64,000 nt of DNA from Longimicrobiales bacterium. GTDB taxonomy: Bacteria > Gemmatimonadota > Gemmatimonadetes > Longimicrobiales > Gaopeijiaceae. The stretch's first letter is position 1. Each line of letters begins with the position of its first letter. Of the stretch, positions 56,901 to 64,000 are shown piece after piece. The stretch is from the NCBI GenBank assembly GCA_965204735.1, contig OZ242008.1, forward strand, positions 576,001 through 640,000, in the 5' to 3' direction. A model generated the notes under the pieces. It made no database searches, was not told the DNA's origin, and was given only the letters and a program-made list of their open reading frames with translations. Both the position numbers and the translations under genes were made by a program.

Positions 56901-57189
56901 CCTCGGGCAGGACGAAGACCCGGATCAGGTCGTTCTCGAGCGTCGCCACGCGCCACTGCCTGGGCTCCGAGGACGATGCGTACCCGTCGAAGGCGTGGTA
57001 GGGGTAGAGCCGTCGGTCCCGGACGAGCATGGGCACAGGGTCCGGGTCCGAGAAGGGGTAGGTGTCGAGCGTCCTCATTTCCTCGAACACGAGAGTTCTC
57101 CGCCGGTCTTGCGAGCGGGCGTCCGCGGCCGTCGCGCATGCGGCGGCAACGGCGAAGAGCGCGAACGCCGGACGGCGCCACGACGTCAT
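53926..57189 (-). CDS. DUF5107 / TPR-repeat exported protein
   Basis: YPFSDPDPVP, LENDLIRVFVLPEAGGK, GPWTSGGIEFNFG, YVEFQAG; helical TPR-like C-terminal half. Confidence 0.82.
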   Translation of the reverse strand: MTSWRRPAFALFAVAAACATAADARSQDRRRTLVFEEMRTLDTYPFSDPDPVPMLVRDRRLYPYHAFDGYASSSEPRQWRVATLENDLIRVFVLPEAGGKVWGAVVKETGREFVYRNEVMKFRNIALRGPWTSGGIEFNFGVIGHTPATATPVEWTTRENDDGSASVFVGAMDLPSRTHWRVEVRLPPDRAYFETRVLWYNPTPLEQPYYSWMTAAAFARDDLELFVPGRSYLEHSGRERPWPIDESGRYLPLYRNNAFGGHKSYHVVGELNDFFGGYYHDEGWGWGHWARYEEMPGQKMWLWALSREGGVWEELLTDADGQYVEFQAGRLFVQYSPADHVNPVAQAGFDPLSASRWTETWFPLEGTGGLTDASREGAMHVERAGNRLSVTVNAFGDVEDTLQVWSGERRIHEAPVRLSALVAHTAEFDVPADQPYRVRLEALDLEHGSDRDGRLLSRPFTTPPDAWEALPEADRLAFEARELARARRYREARRLFESALESEPWNREALLGLAELALRSARYEEGLTRVFRALQLNTYDAKANFLAGNLHLALGRIADARDSFGWSARSTAYRSASYVRLAEVMAVEGDWDEAARYAELAMDFDRRSIPALQLLAIAGRRASDRGAARRARAALLEIDPLHHFALAEEHLAELAAAEAGAAKEPEETGAPQEPAAAPEAPGPTPPGGQRLLDALRGEYPDQSLLELAASYAARGLPEDAAALLELAGRAPRHGGPVAAAWRAFLAEDPTLLADAGDPAFAFPYRPETLPVLRWAADSSDHWLWTYLLALNLWALDRDEEAGPIMASLGDTPEYGPAYVARGRLLQAVEGRDPAADLARSVELDPESRPLRIVLVRHAQESGEWEAALEASSRARQAFPGDFDLALLHARSLLAVDRPLEAAEIMDRVQVLPSENSRESHRLYELAHAASAVAEVEAADHRAAREHLVAALRWPESLGQGRPYDPDERLVRYLQGVVGEAAGDERAARRAFEVVAATATADREPDRADLLVALAARASGRNTALEALADAAELHGSTAARAVQALARELMDPDVGPADAVARIVRGHGELFDGFEGRLLARVLALAR

Positions 57190-57361
57190 GTCGACCCTCC
57201 ATGATCGGACGAGCGGCGGCGGGACCCTCTCTGGCCCACGTCGCCAAGCTAGGCTTACGTTGGCCCCGGTCCCGGAGCAAGCGCGGTTGCCGACCATCCG
57301 CCCGCGCAGCGCGCGCAGACAGACCCACGGAGGTTCCCGCAAGCGTGAGCCCGACACCCTC

Positions 57362-58294
57362 TTGAGACCGGAGACCGTCCAGCTTCAGCGGGCGATGCGG
57401 GGGCTGGACTACGTGGCCGAGCCGTCGATCGTCACCGCCGTCTACTTGGCCCGGGCGATGGAGAAGCCCCTGCTGGTGGAGGGCGACGCGGGGGTCGGCA
57501 AGACGGAGATCGCCAAGGTCATGGCCGGCGTTCTCGACACCGAGCTGATCCGGCTGCAGTGCTACGAGGGGCTCGACGCCAACGCCGCCCTCTACGAGTG
57601 GAACTACCAGAAGCAGCTGCTGCGCCTGCGCATCGCCTCCGACGGCGAAGCGGCCGCCACCGGCGACGGACTGGAGGACCTGATCTTCAGCCGGCGCTAC
57701 CTGCTGGAGCGGCCGCTGCTCCGCGCCATCACCAGCAAGGCGAAGGCGCCGGTCCTCCTGGTCGACGAGATCGACCGCGCCGACGGCGGCTTCGAGGCGT
57801 TCCTGCTGGAAGTGCTCTCCGACTTCCAGGTCACGATCCCCGAACTCGGCACGATCCGCGCCGCGCGACGGCCCCTGGTCGTGCTCACTTCCAACCGGAC
57901 GCGGGAGCTGGGAGACGCCCTTCGCCGGCGCTGCCTCTACCTGTACATCGAGCATCCGACGCTGGAGAAGGAAACCGAGATCATTCGCGCGAAGGTGCCT
58001 GGGGTCGGGGAGCGGCTGGCGGAGCAGATCGCCCGCTTCGCCGGGGAGCTCCGGGCCCTCCGGCTCGCGAAGCCGCCGGGCGTGGCCGAAACGCTGGACT
58101 GGGCCGCCGCGCTGGTGATGCTGCACAAGGACGGGCTGGACGCCGACACGGTGAACGACACCCTGGGCTGCCTGGTCAAGGACCGGGAAGACGCGCGGCG
58201 CCTCGATTCCGGCCAGGTGGGGGCCTTGGTCGGGAAGGCGGGCGGCGCGGCTGCCGAGCCCGGGCCGGCGGGGTCGGACGGGTGCGCCGAGTGA
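57362..58294 (+). CDS. coxD: MoxR-type AAA+ chaperone of CO dehydrogenase
   Basis: GDAGVGKT, RLQCYEGLD, YEWNYQKQ, DEIDRAD, DALRRRC, KPPGVAETLDW; start uncertain (TTG 57362 or ATG 57395). Confidence 0.85.
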   Translation: MRPETVQLQRAMRGLDYVAEPSIVTAVYLARAMEKPLLVEGDAGVGKTEIAKVMAGVLDTELIRLQCYEGLDANAALYEWNYQKQLLRLRIASDGEAAATGDGLEDLIFSRRYLLERPLLRAITSKAKAPVLLVDEIDRADGGFEAFLLEVLSDFQVTIPELGTIRAARRPLVVLTSNRTRELGDALRRRCLYLYIEHPTLEKETEIIRAKVPGVGERLAEQIARFAGELRALRLAKPPGVAETLDWAAALVMLHKDGLDADTVNDTLGCLVKDREDARRLDSGQVGALVGKAGGAAAEPGPAGSDGCAE

Positions 58295-59517
58295 CCGGGG
58301 ACCGGGGGCCGAGGGAGAAGAAGCGCGCTCCGCTCTGCCGGCCGCCGCCCGCGCGGCCCGATTCGCCGCCGCCCGACGACCTGATCGTCCACTTGGCGCG
58401 CTTCGGCGAGGAGCTTCGCCGCTCCGGCGTGGCCGTGGGCCTCAAGGACGAGATCGACGCGGCGCGCGCCCTGCCGTTGGTGGACATCGGCGACCACCGG
58501 GAGGTGCGGCTGGCGCTGCGCTGCGCCCTGAAGGTTCCCTACCGCCACTGGCCCATCTTCGATCGCCTCTTCTTCGAGATGTGGAGAACGGGGCGCCGGT
58601 CCCCGGGACGTTCCGCGCAGCGCTCCAGGGCGGGCGAGCCGCCACGGCCGTGGCCGGGCCGCCCCAATCCAATGGAGGACTTGCGCCGCAAGCTGGCCCG
58701 GGCCGACGCCCGCCCCGAGGGTCCGGCCCCGGACCCGGAGGCGCAGCGTCTCGGCTGGAGTCCCCGAGCCGTCCTTCGCCGCAAGTCCTTCGAGCGCTGC
58801 ACGGACGACGACCTGGCCGAGCTGGAGCGGATCTTCGAGCGGCTCGCGCGCCGGCTCGCCACCCGTCGCAGCCGCAAGATGGTTCCCCGCCCCCGGGGAC
58901 CGGCGGTGGACGTCCGGCGCAGCTTCCGCCATTCCCTGGCCCGGGGCGGGGAGCTCGTCGTGCTGGCGCGACGCGACCGCGCCGTCGAGAGGCCCCACGT
59001 CGTCGTCCTCTGCGACACCAGCGGTTCGATGGACCCCTATGCCCGCTTCTTCCTGGCGTTCGTGACGGCGCTGAAGAAGGTGGTTCCCGGCGTGGAGGCC
59101 TTCGCCTTCGACACCAGCCTCAAGCGGATCACCCCCTGGATCGCCGGGGGCGACGTCGCCGCCACGCTGAGGCGCCTCGACCGAAGCGCGGGCGACTGGT
59201 CCGGCGGCACCCGCATCGGCGAATGCCTGGCCCGCTTCGCGGCCGAGCACTTGCGGAACACCGTCTCGGCCGATACATCGGTCCTGATCTTCAGCGACGG
59301 TCTGGACCGCGGCGACACGGAGGCGTTGGAGGGGGCCTTGACGGCGATCCGCAGGCGCGCCCGCCGGGTCGTGTGGCTCAACCCGCTGATGGGGTACTCG
59401 GAGTACCGGCCCGAGGCGAGGGGGATGAAGGCCGCGCTGCCCCACGTGGACGCTCTGGTTCCTGCCCACGACCTTCACTCCCTGGAATCCCTGCTGACGA
59501 CCTTGGAGCGCAGATGA
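58291..59517 (+). CDS. coxE: vWA-domain CO dehydrogenase maturation protein
   Basis: LCDTSGSM MIDAS, WSGGTRIG, FSDGLDRG, WLNPL, follows coxD. Confidence 0.85.
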   Translation: MTGDRGPREKKRAPLCRPPPARPDSPPPDDLIVHLARFGEELRRSGVAVGLKDEIDAARALPLVDIGDHREVRLALRCALKVPYRHWPIFDRLFFEMWRTGRRSPGRSAQRSRAGEPPRPWPGRPNPMEDLRRKLARADARPEGPAPDPEAQRLGWSPRAVLRRKSFERCTDDDLAELERIFERLARRLATRRSRKMVPRPRGPAVDVRRSFRHSLARGGELVVLARRDRAVERPHVVVLCDTSGSMDPYARFFLAFVTALKKVVPGVEAFAFDTSLKRITPWIAGGDVAATLRRLDRSAGDWSGGTRIGECLARFAAEHLRNTVSADTSVLIFSDGLDRGDTEALEGALTAIRRRARRVVWLNPLMGYSEYRPEARGMKAALPHVDALVPAHDLHSLESLLTTLERR

Positions 59518-60002
59518 GAATCGACGAGACGGTGGAGATCGCGGCGCCGGCGGACTCGGTTTGGGCGTTCCTGGCCGACCCGGAGCGGGTCGCGGCGGCG
59601 TTGCCGGGCGCGGAGATCGCCGAAAGGGTTGGCGAGAACGCCTACAAGGGCGGCATGTCGGTGAGCGTCGGACCGCTGGCGGCCTCGTACACGGGGACCG
59701 TGTCGTTCGACCTGAACGAGGCCGAGCGCTCCGCGGTCGTCCGCGCGCGGGGGCAAGGCAAGGCCGGCATGGGCACCGCGGAGATGACGATGAGCAGCAC
59801 CGTCGAGGCCCTGGCCCACGACCGGACGCGCGTCGCCGTGTCGGCGAAGCTCGTGGTGACCGGCATCCTGGCCCAGCTGGGACGCGGCATGATCCAGCAC
59901 GTGTCCAAGAAGATGATCAAGGACTTCGCGCAGATCGTCGCCGGCCAGGTCGCGGGGGACGAGCGCGTCGCACGGGACGAAGCCGCAAAGGAGGCGTCAT
60001 GA
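59514..60002 (+). CDS. coxG: CoxG (SRPBCC fold) accessory protein
   Basis: VWAFLADPERVAAALPGA, VGP...Y.G, G.LAQLGRGMI. Confidence 0.85.
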   Translation: MRIDETVEIAAPADSVWAFLADPERVAAALPGAEIAERVGENAYKGGMSVSVGPLAASYTGTVSFDLNEAERSAVVRARGQGKAGMGTAEMTMSSTVEALAHDRTRVAVSAKLVVTGILAQLGRGMIQHVSKKMIKDFAQIVAGQVAGDERVARDEAAKEAS

Positions 60003-60883
60003 TCCCGCCGCACTTCGACTACCACGCCCCCGGCAGCCTCGACGAGGCGTTCGCGCTGCTGGGGCGCCTCCCCGACGCCAAGGTCATGTCGGGCGGGCAA
60101 AGCCTCCTGCCGATGCTCAAGCTCCGGCTGGCGTCGCCGGCCCACGTCGTGGACATCGGTCGCGTGCCGGGGCTGGATCGCATCGTCGAATCGGACGGCT
60201 TCCTGCGCATCGGCGCGCTGGCCACGGAGGCGCAGCTGGAGCGGGACCCCGCGGTTGCCGCCCGCTGGCCGATCCTGACCGACACGGCCAAGGTCGTGGC
60301 CGACCCGCTGGTGCGGAACCGGGCCACGATCGGCGGCAACCTGGCCCACGGAGACCCGGCCAACGACCACCCGGCCACGATGCTGGCGGTCAGGGCGCAG
60401 GTCGTGGTCCAGGGCGCGGCCGGCGAGCGCGCGATCGGGATCGACGACTTCTTCCACGGCCTCTTCATCACGGCGCTGGAGCCCCGCGAAGTCCTTACCG
60501 AGATCCGCGTGCCGATCCCGGAGAGCGGTCCCGGCGGCGCTCGGCGCAGCGGCGGCGCCTACCTCAAGCTGGAGCGCAAGGTGGGGGACTACGCCGTGGC
60601 CGGCGTGGCCGTGCAGCTCTCGCTGGAGGAGGACGGCACGGTGGCCCGGGCCGGCGTCGGCCTGACCAACCTGGGCTTCGCGCCCCTCCGCGCCGAGGAA
60701 GCGGAAGCGGCGCTCGTGGGCCAGGTTCCCGGGGACCGGTCCATAGCCGAAGCCGCCGAAGCCGCGTCGGAAGCCGCCGACCCGGTGGCCGACCGCCGGG
60801 GCTCGGTCGAGTACAAGAAGAACATGGCCCGCGTGCTGGCGGGGCGGGCCGTCCGCAAGGCGCTTGCGCGCGCGGGAGCGTAG
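59999..60883 (+). CDS. coxM: Aerobic CO dehydrogenase FAD subunit
   Basis: [54 protein letters not shown]. Confidence 0.92.
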   Translation: MIPPHFDYHAPGSLDEAFALLGRLPDAKVMSGGQSLLPMLKLRLASPAHVVDIGRVPGLDRIVESDGFLRIGALATEAQLERDPAVAARWPILTDTAKVVADPLVRNRATIGGNLAHGDPANDHPATMLAVRAQVVVQGAAGERAIGIDDFFHGLFITALEPREVLTEIRVPIPESGPGGARRSGGAYLKLERKVGDYAVAGVAVQLSLEEDGTVARAGVGLTNLGFAPLRAEEAEAALVGQVPGDRSIAEAAEAASEAADPVADRRGSVEYKKNMARVLAGRAVRKALARAGA

Positions 60884-60887
60884 AACG

Positions 60888-61394
60888 ATGGCCAAGCACG
60901 GAATCACCGTCACCGTCAACGGCGAGAAGCACGAGCGCGAAGTCGAGTCGCGGCTGCTTCTCGTCCACCTGATCCGCGACGACCTCCGCCTTACCGGCAC
61001 CCACGTCGGCTGCGACACGACGCACTGCGGCGCGTGCACCGTCCTGGTGGACGGCGTGCCCGTCAAGTCGTGCACGGTGCTGGCCGTCCAGGCCGCGGGC
61101 GCGGAGATCCGCACCGTCGAGGGACTGGCCGGCAGCGACGGCCTGCACCCGCTTCAGGAGGGCTTCCAGGAGGAGCACGGCCTTCAGTGCGGCTTCTGCA
61201 CGCCGGGAATGCTGATGACCGGCGTCGCCCTGCTGGAGGCGAACCCCGACCCCAGCGAGGCGGAGATACGCGAGGCGATCTCGGGCAACCTCTGCCGCTG
61301 CACGGGCTACGTGAACATCGTCAAGGCGGTGCGTCGCGCCGCGGAAAACACGGCTGCGAGCAACGTCGCGACCGAGACCGAGGAGGCCGCATGA
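60888..61394 (+). CDS. coxS: Aerobic CO dehydrogenase 2Fe-2S subunit
   Basis: [28 protein letters not shown]. Confidence 0.93.
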   Translation: MAKHGITVTVNGEKHEREVESRLLLVHLIRDDLRLTGTHVGCDTTHCGACTVLVDGVPVKSCTVLAVQAAGAEIRTVEGLAGSDGLHPLQEGFQEEHGLQCGFCTPGMLMTGVALLEANPDPSEAEIREAISGNLCRCTGYVNIVKAVRRAAENTAASNVATETEEAA

Positions 61395-63760
61395 CCACGC
61401 CCAGGACTTCCGCCAAGATCTGCGGCATGGGCCACTCCATGAAGCGCAAGGAGGACCCGCGCTTCCTCCAGGGCAAGGGCGCCTACATCGACGACCACGT
61501 CCTGCCGGGGATGCTCTGGCTGGACATCGTCCGAAGCCCCGTCGCCCACGGGAAGATCAAGAAGATCGACACGGCCAAGGCGCTGGAGACGCCCGGCGTG
61601 CTGGCCGTCCTGACCGGCAAGGACCTGGAGGCGTACAACCTGCACTGGATGCCGACCCTGATGTCGGACACCCAGATGGTGCTGCCCACGGACACGGTCA
61701 TGTACCAGTCCCAGGAGGTGGCCGGCGTGATCGCAACCAGCCGGTACGCCGCCGCCGACGGCGTGGCCGCCGTGGAAGTCGAGTACGAGCCGATGACGCC
61801 CGTGGTCGATCCGTTCAGGGCGCTCGATCCGGACGCGCCCGTGCTGCGAACCGACAAGGAGGGCCAGACGGACAACCGAATCTGGCACTGGGAGGACGGC
61901 GACAGGGAGGCCACGGATCGGGTCTTCCGAGAGGCGGACGTGGTGGTGCGCGAGAAGATGCACATCCCGCGCATCCACGTGGCGTCGATCGAGACGTGCG
62001 GCTGCCTGGCGGACTTCAACCCCGTCGAGGGACACCTGACCGTCTACATGACCACGCAGGCGCCCCACGCCATCCGAACCGTGCTGGCGCTGGTGGCCGG
62101 CCACGTGGGCCTGTCGGAGGAGAAGATTCGCGTCGTGTCGCCGGACATCGGCGGCGGCTTCGGCGGAAAGGTGCCGGTCTACCCCGGCTACGTGATCGCC
62201 ATTGCCGCGTCGGTGGTGCTGGGCAAGCCCGTCAAGTGGATCGAGGACCGGATGGAGAACCTCCAGGCCGACTCCTTCGCCCGCGACTACCACATGGACG
62301 CCGAGCTGGCCGCCGACGCCGACGGCCGCATCCGCGGGCTGCGCATCAAGACGCTGGCCGACCACGGCTACTCCGACGCCCAGGCGTCGCCGTCCAAGTT
62401 CCCGGCCGGACTCTTCTCGATCTGCACGGGCTCCTACGACATGGAGCAGGCGTTCGCAGAGGTGGACGCGGTCTACACGAACAAGCCGCCGGGGGGCGTG
62501 GCGTACCGCTGCTCGTTCCGGGTCACGGAGGCCGTCCACTGCATCGAGCGGATGGTGGACGTGCTGGCTCAGGAAGTGGGCAAGGACCCGGCCCAGCTGC
62601 GGGCCGAGAACTTCATCGCCAAGGACGCGTTCCCCTACAAGTCGCCGTTGGGCTGGGAGTACGACAGCGGCGACTACCACGCCGCGCTGGAGAAGGCCAA
62701 GGAGATCGTCGGCTACGACGACTTGCGCAGGGAGCAGGCCGAGAAGCGCGCCCGGGGCGAGTTCATGGGGATCGGCATCTCCAGCTTCACCGAGATCGTG
62801 GGCGCGGGGCCGGCGGAGCAGTTCGACATCCTGGGCATCAAGATGTTCGACTCGGCCGAAGTGAGGGTGCACCCGACGGGCAAGGCGATTGCCCGCTTCG
62901 GCACCAAGTCGCAGGGGCAGGGGCACGAGACCACCTACGCCCAGATCCTGGCCGAGGAGCTGGGGCTGCCCGCCGCCCACATCCAGATCGAGGAGGGCGA
63001 CACCGACACCGCGCCCTACGGCTTGGGCACTTACGCCAGCCGCTCCACGCCCACCGCCGGTGCGGCCGCGGCGATCGCGGCGCGGAAGATCAGGAAGAAG
63101 GCCGCCAAGATCGCCTCGCACCTGCTGGAGGTCGGCGAGGCGGACTTGGAGTGGGAGCCCGGCAAGTTCTCGGTCAAGGGCGCGCCCCAGAAGTCGGTGA
63201 CGATCCAGGACGTGGCGTTCGCGGCGTACACCAACCCGCCGCCGGGAACGGAGCCGGGGCTGGAAGCGGTCAACTACTACGACCCGCCCAACCTGACCTT
63301 CCCCTTCGGCAGCTACATCTGCGTCGTGGAGATCGACCGGGGCACCGGCGAGGTGAAGGTGCGGCGCTTCGTGGCCGTGGACGACTGCGGCAACATCATC
63401 AACCCGATGATCGTGCAGGGGCAGGTCCACGGCGGGCTGACGCAAGGGCTGGGGCCGGCGCTGTACGAGGAGATCCCCTACGACGAGGACGGGAACAACC
63501 TGGCCGGCTCGTTCATGGACTACCTGGTGCCCACCGCCGTCGAGACGCCCGCCTGGGAGACGGCCCACACGGTCACGCCGTCGCCGCACCATCCGCTGGG
63601 CGCCAAGGGCGTGGGCGAGTCGGCCACCGTGGGCGCTCCGCCGGCGATCGCCAACGCAGTCGTGGACGCCCTGGCCCACCTGGGCGTTCGCCACGTCGAG
63701 ATCCCGATCACCCCCGACCGCGTGTGGGCGATCCTCAAGGAGAAGGGAGCGGCGGAGTAG
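61391..63760 (+). CDS. coxL: Aerobic CO dehydrogenase large subunit, form I
   Basis: Active-site AYRCSFR (62501-62521); AGGAGG RBS; coxMSL order. Confidence 0.95.
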   Translation: MTTPRTSAKICGMGHSMKRKEDPRFLQGKGAYIDDHVLPGMLWLDIVRSPVAHGKIKKIDTAKALETPGVLAVLTGKDLEAYNLHWMPTLMSDTQMVLPTDTVMYQSQEVAGVIATSRYAAADGVAAVEVEYEPMTPVVDPFRALDPDAPVLRTDKEGQTDNRIWHWEDGDREATDRVFREADVVVREKMHIPRIHVASIETCGCLADFNPVEGHLTVYMTTQAPHAIRTVLALVAGHVGLSEEKIRVVSPDIGGGFGGKVPVYPGYVIAIAASVVLGKPVKWIEDRMENLQADSFARDYHMDAELAADADGRIRGLRIKTLADHGYSDAQASPSKFPAGLFSICTGSYDMEQAFAEVDAVYTNKPPGGVAYRCSFRVTEAVHCIERMVDVLAQEVGKDPAQLRAENFIAKDAFPYKSPLGWEYDSGDYHAALEKAKEIVGYDDLRREQAEKRARGEFMGIGISSFTEIVGAGPAEQFDILGIKMFDSAEVRVHPTGKAIARFGTKSQGQGHETTYAQILAEELGLPAAHIQIEEGDTDTAPYGLGTYASRSTPTAGAAAAIAARKIRKKAAKIASHLLEVGEADLEWEPGKFSVKGAPQKSVTIQDVAFAAYTNPPPGTEPGLEAVNYYDPPNLTFPFGSYICVVEIDRGTGEVKVRRFVAVDDCGNIINPMIVQGQVHGGLTQGLGPALYEEIPYDEDGNNLAGSFMDYLVPTAVETPAWETAHTVTPSPHHPLGAKGVGESATVGAPPAIANAVVDALAHLGVRHVEIPITPDRVWAILKEKGAAE

Positions 63761-63840
63761 GGCGGGAGCCGCGGGCCGGCGCGCCGGGCGTACGGACGAG
63801 CCCAAGGCCGGGGCGCCCCGAGCACGACCCCGTCGCCGCG

Positions 63841-64000
63841 CTGTTGCGCCGGAACCGACGATGGGCCGATTCGGTCGCCCGCGCTCGCCCGTCGCGCTTC
63901 GCCGCCTTGGCCGCGGGCCAGTCGCCGGCGCTGATGTGGATCGGCTGCTGCGATTCCCGGGTGGTCCCGACCGAGCTCCTCGACCTGGACCTGGGCGACG
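63841..64000 (+). CDS. Beta-class carbonic anhydrase, truncated by the window end (absent from the supplied ORF track)
   Basis: Own translation from 63841: LLRRNRRWA...[34 protein letters not shown], matching the Q.P..LWIGCxDSRV zinc motif; start codon unclear (TTG 63844 or GTG 63724). Confidence 0.8.
   Translation, partial: MLRRNRRWADSVARARPSRFAALAAGQSPALMWIGCCDSRVVPTELLDLDLGD

Noticed and set aside
42694..57204. Very long ORFs (2847 aa minus, 2077 aa and 2192 aa plus) as giant proteins
   Set aside because: Arg/Gly/Pro-rich off-frame or antisense shadows of recognisable genes, expected at high GC; only the last ~740 aa of the 2847-aa ORF (ankyrin) looks real
61391..63760. Xanthine dehydrogenase or form II CoxL
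   Set aside because: Active-site loop is AYRCSFR (form I), not AYRGAGR

Overview
GC-rich bacterial chromosomal window. The gene content (DUF5916, DUF1592/DUF1552/ankyrin, Calx-beta and cadherin surface proteins, form I CO dehydrogenase, several DNA methylases) suggests a Gemmatimonadota-like, possibly sponge-associated organism; this is inference only. Housekeeping blocks: lysW-lysX-lysY, a dipeptidase/Na+:solute symporter operon, thrB-thrC, prolyl oligopeptidase, an MFS pump, and coxD-E-G-M-S-L followed by a beta-carbonic anhydrase cut by the window end. Accessory blocks: (1) a lower-GC defence island (GmrSD-like DUF262/HNH nuclease converging on AAA-DUF4143, a Zn-ribbon adenine methylase and a PD-(D/E)xK nuclease); (2) a stand-alone DRB0094-type RNA ligase, a 4400-aa Calx-beta repeat autotransporter-like gene bracketed by an exact 17-bp direct repeat, and a frameshifted orphan SPPY methylase; (3) a paralogous cadherin autotransporter-like gene sitting inside the DUF1592-DUF1552-ankyrin operon. 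The most unusual signal is four unrelated ~28-30-bp direct-repeat pairs, each with a 61-bp start-to-start period. That is the geometry of type I-E Cas1-Cas2 spacer insertion, although no cas gene or true array is in the window. No tRNA, rRNA, transposase or integrase was recognised. Family assignments are from motif recognition by eye, not database searches.
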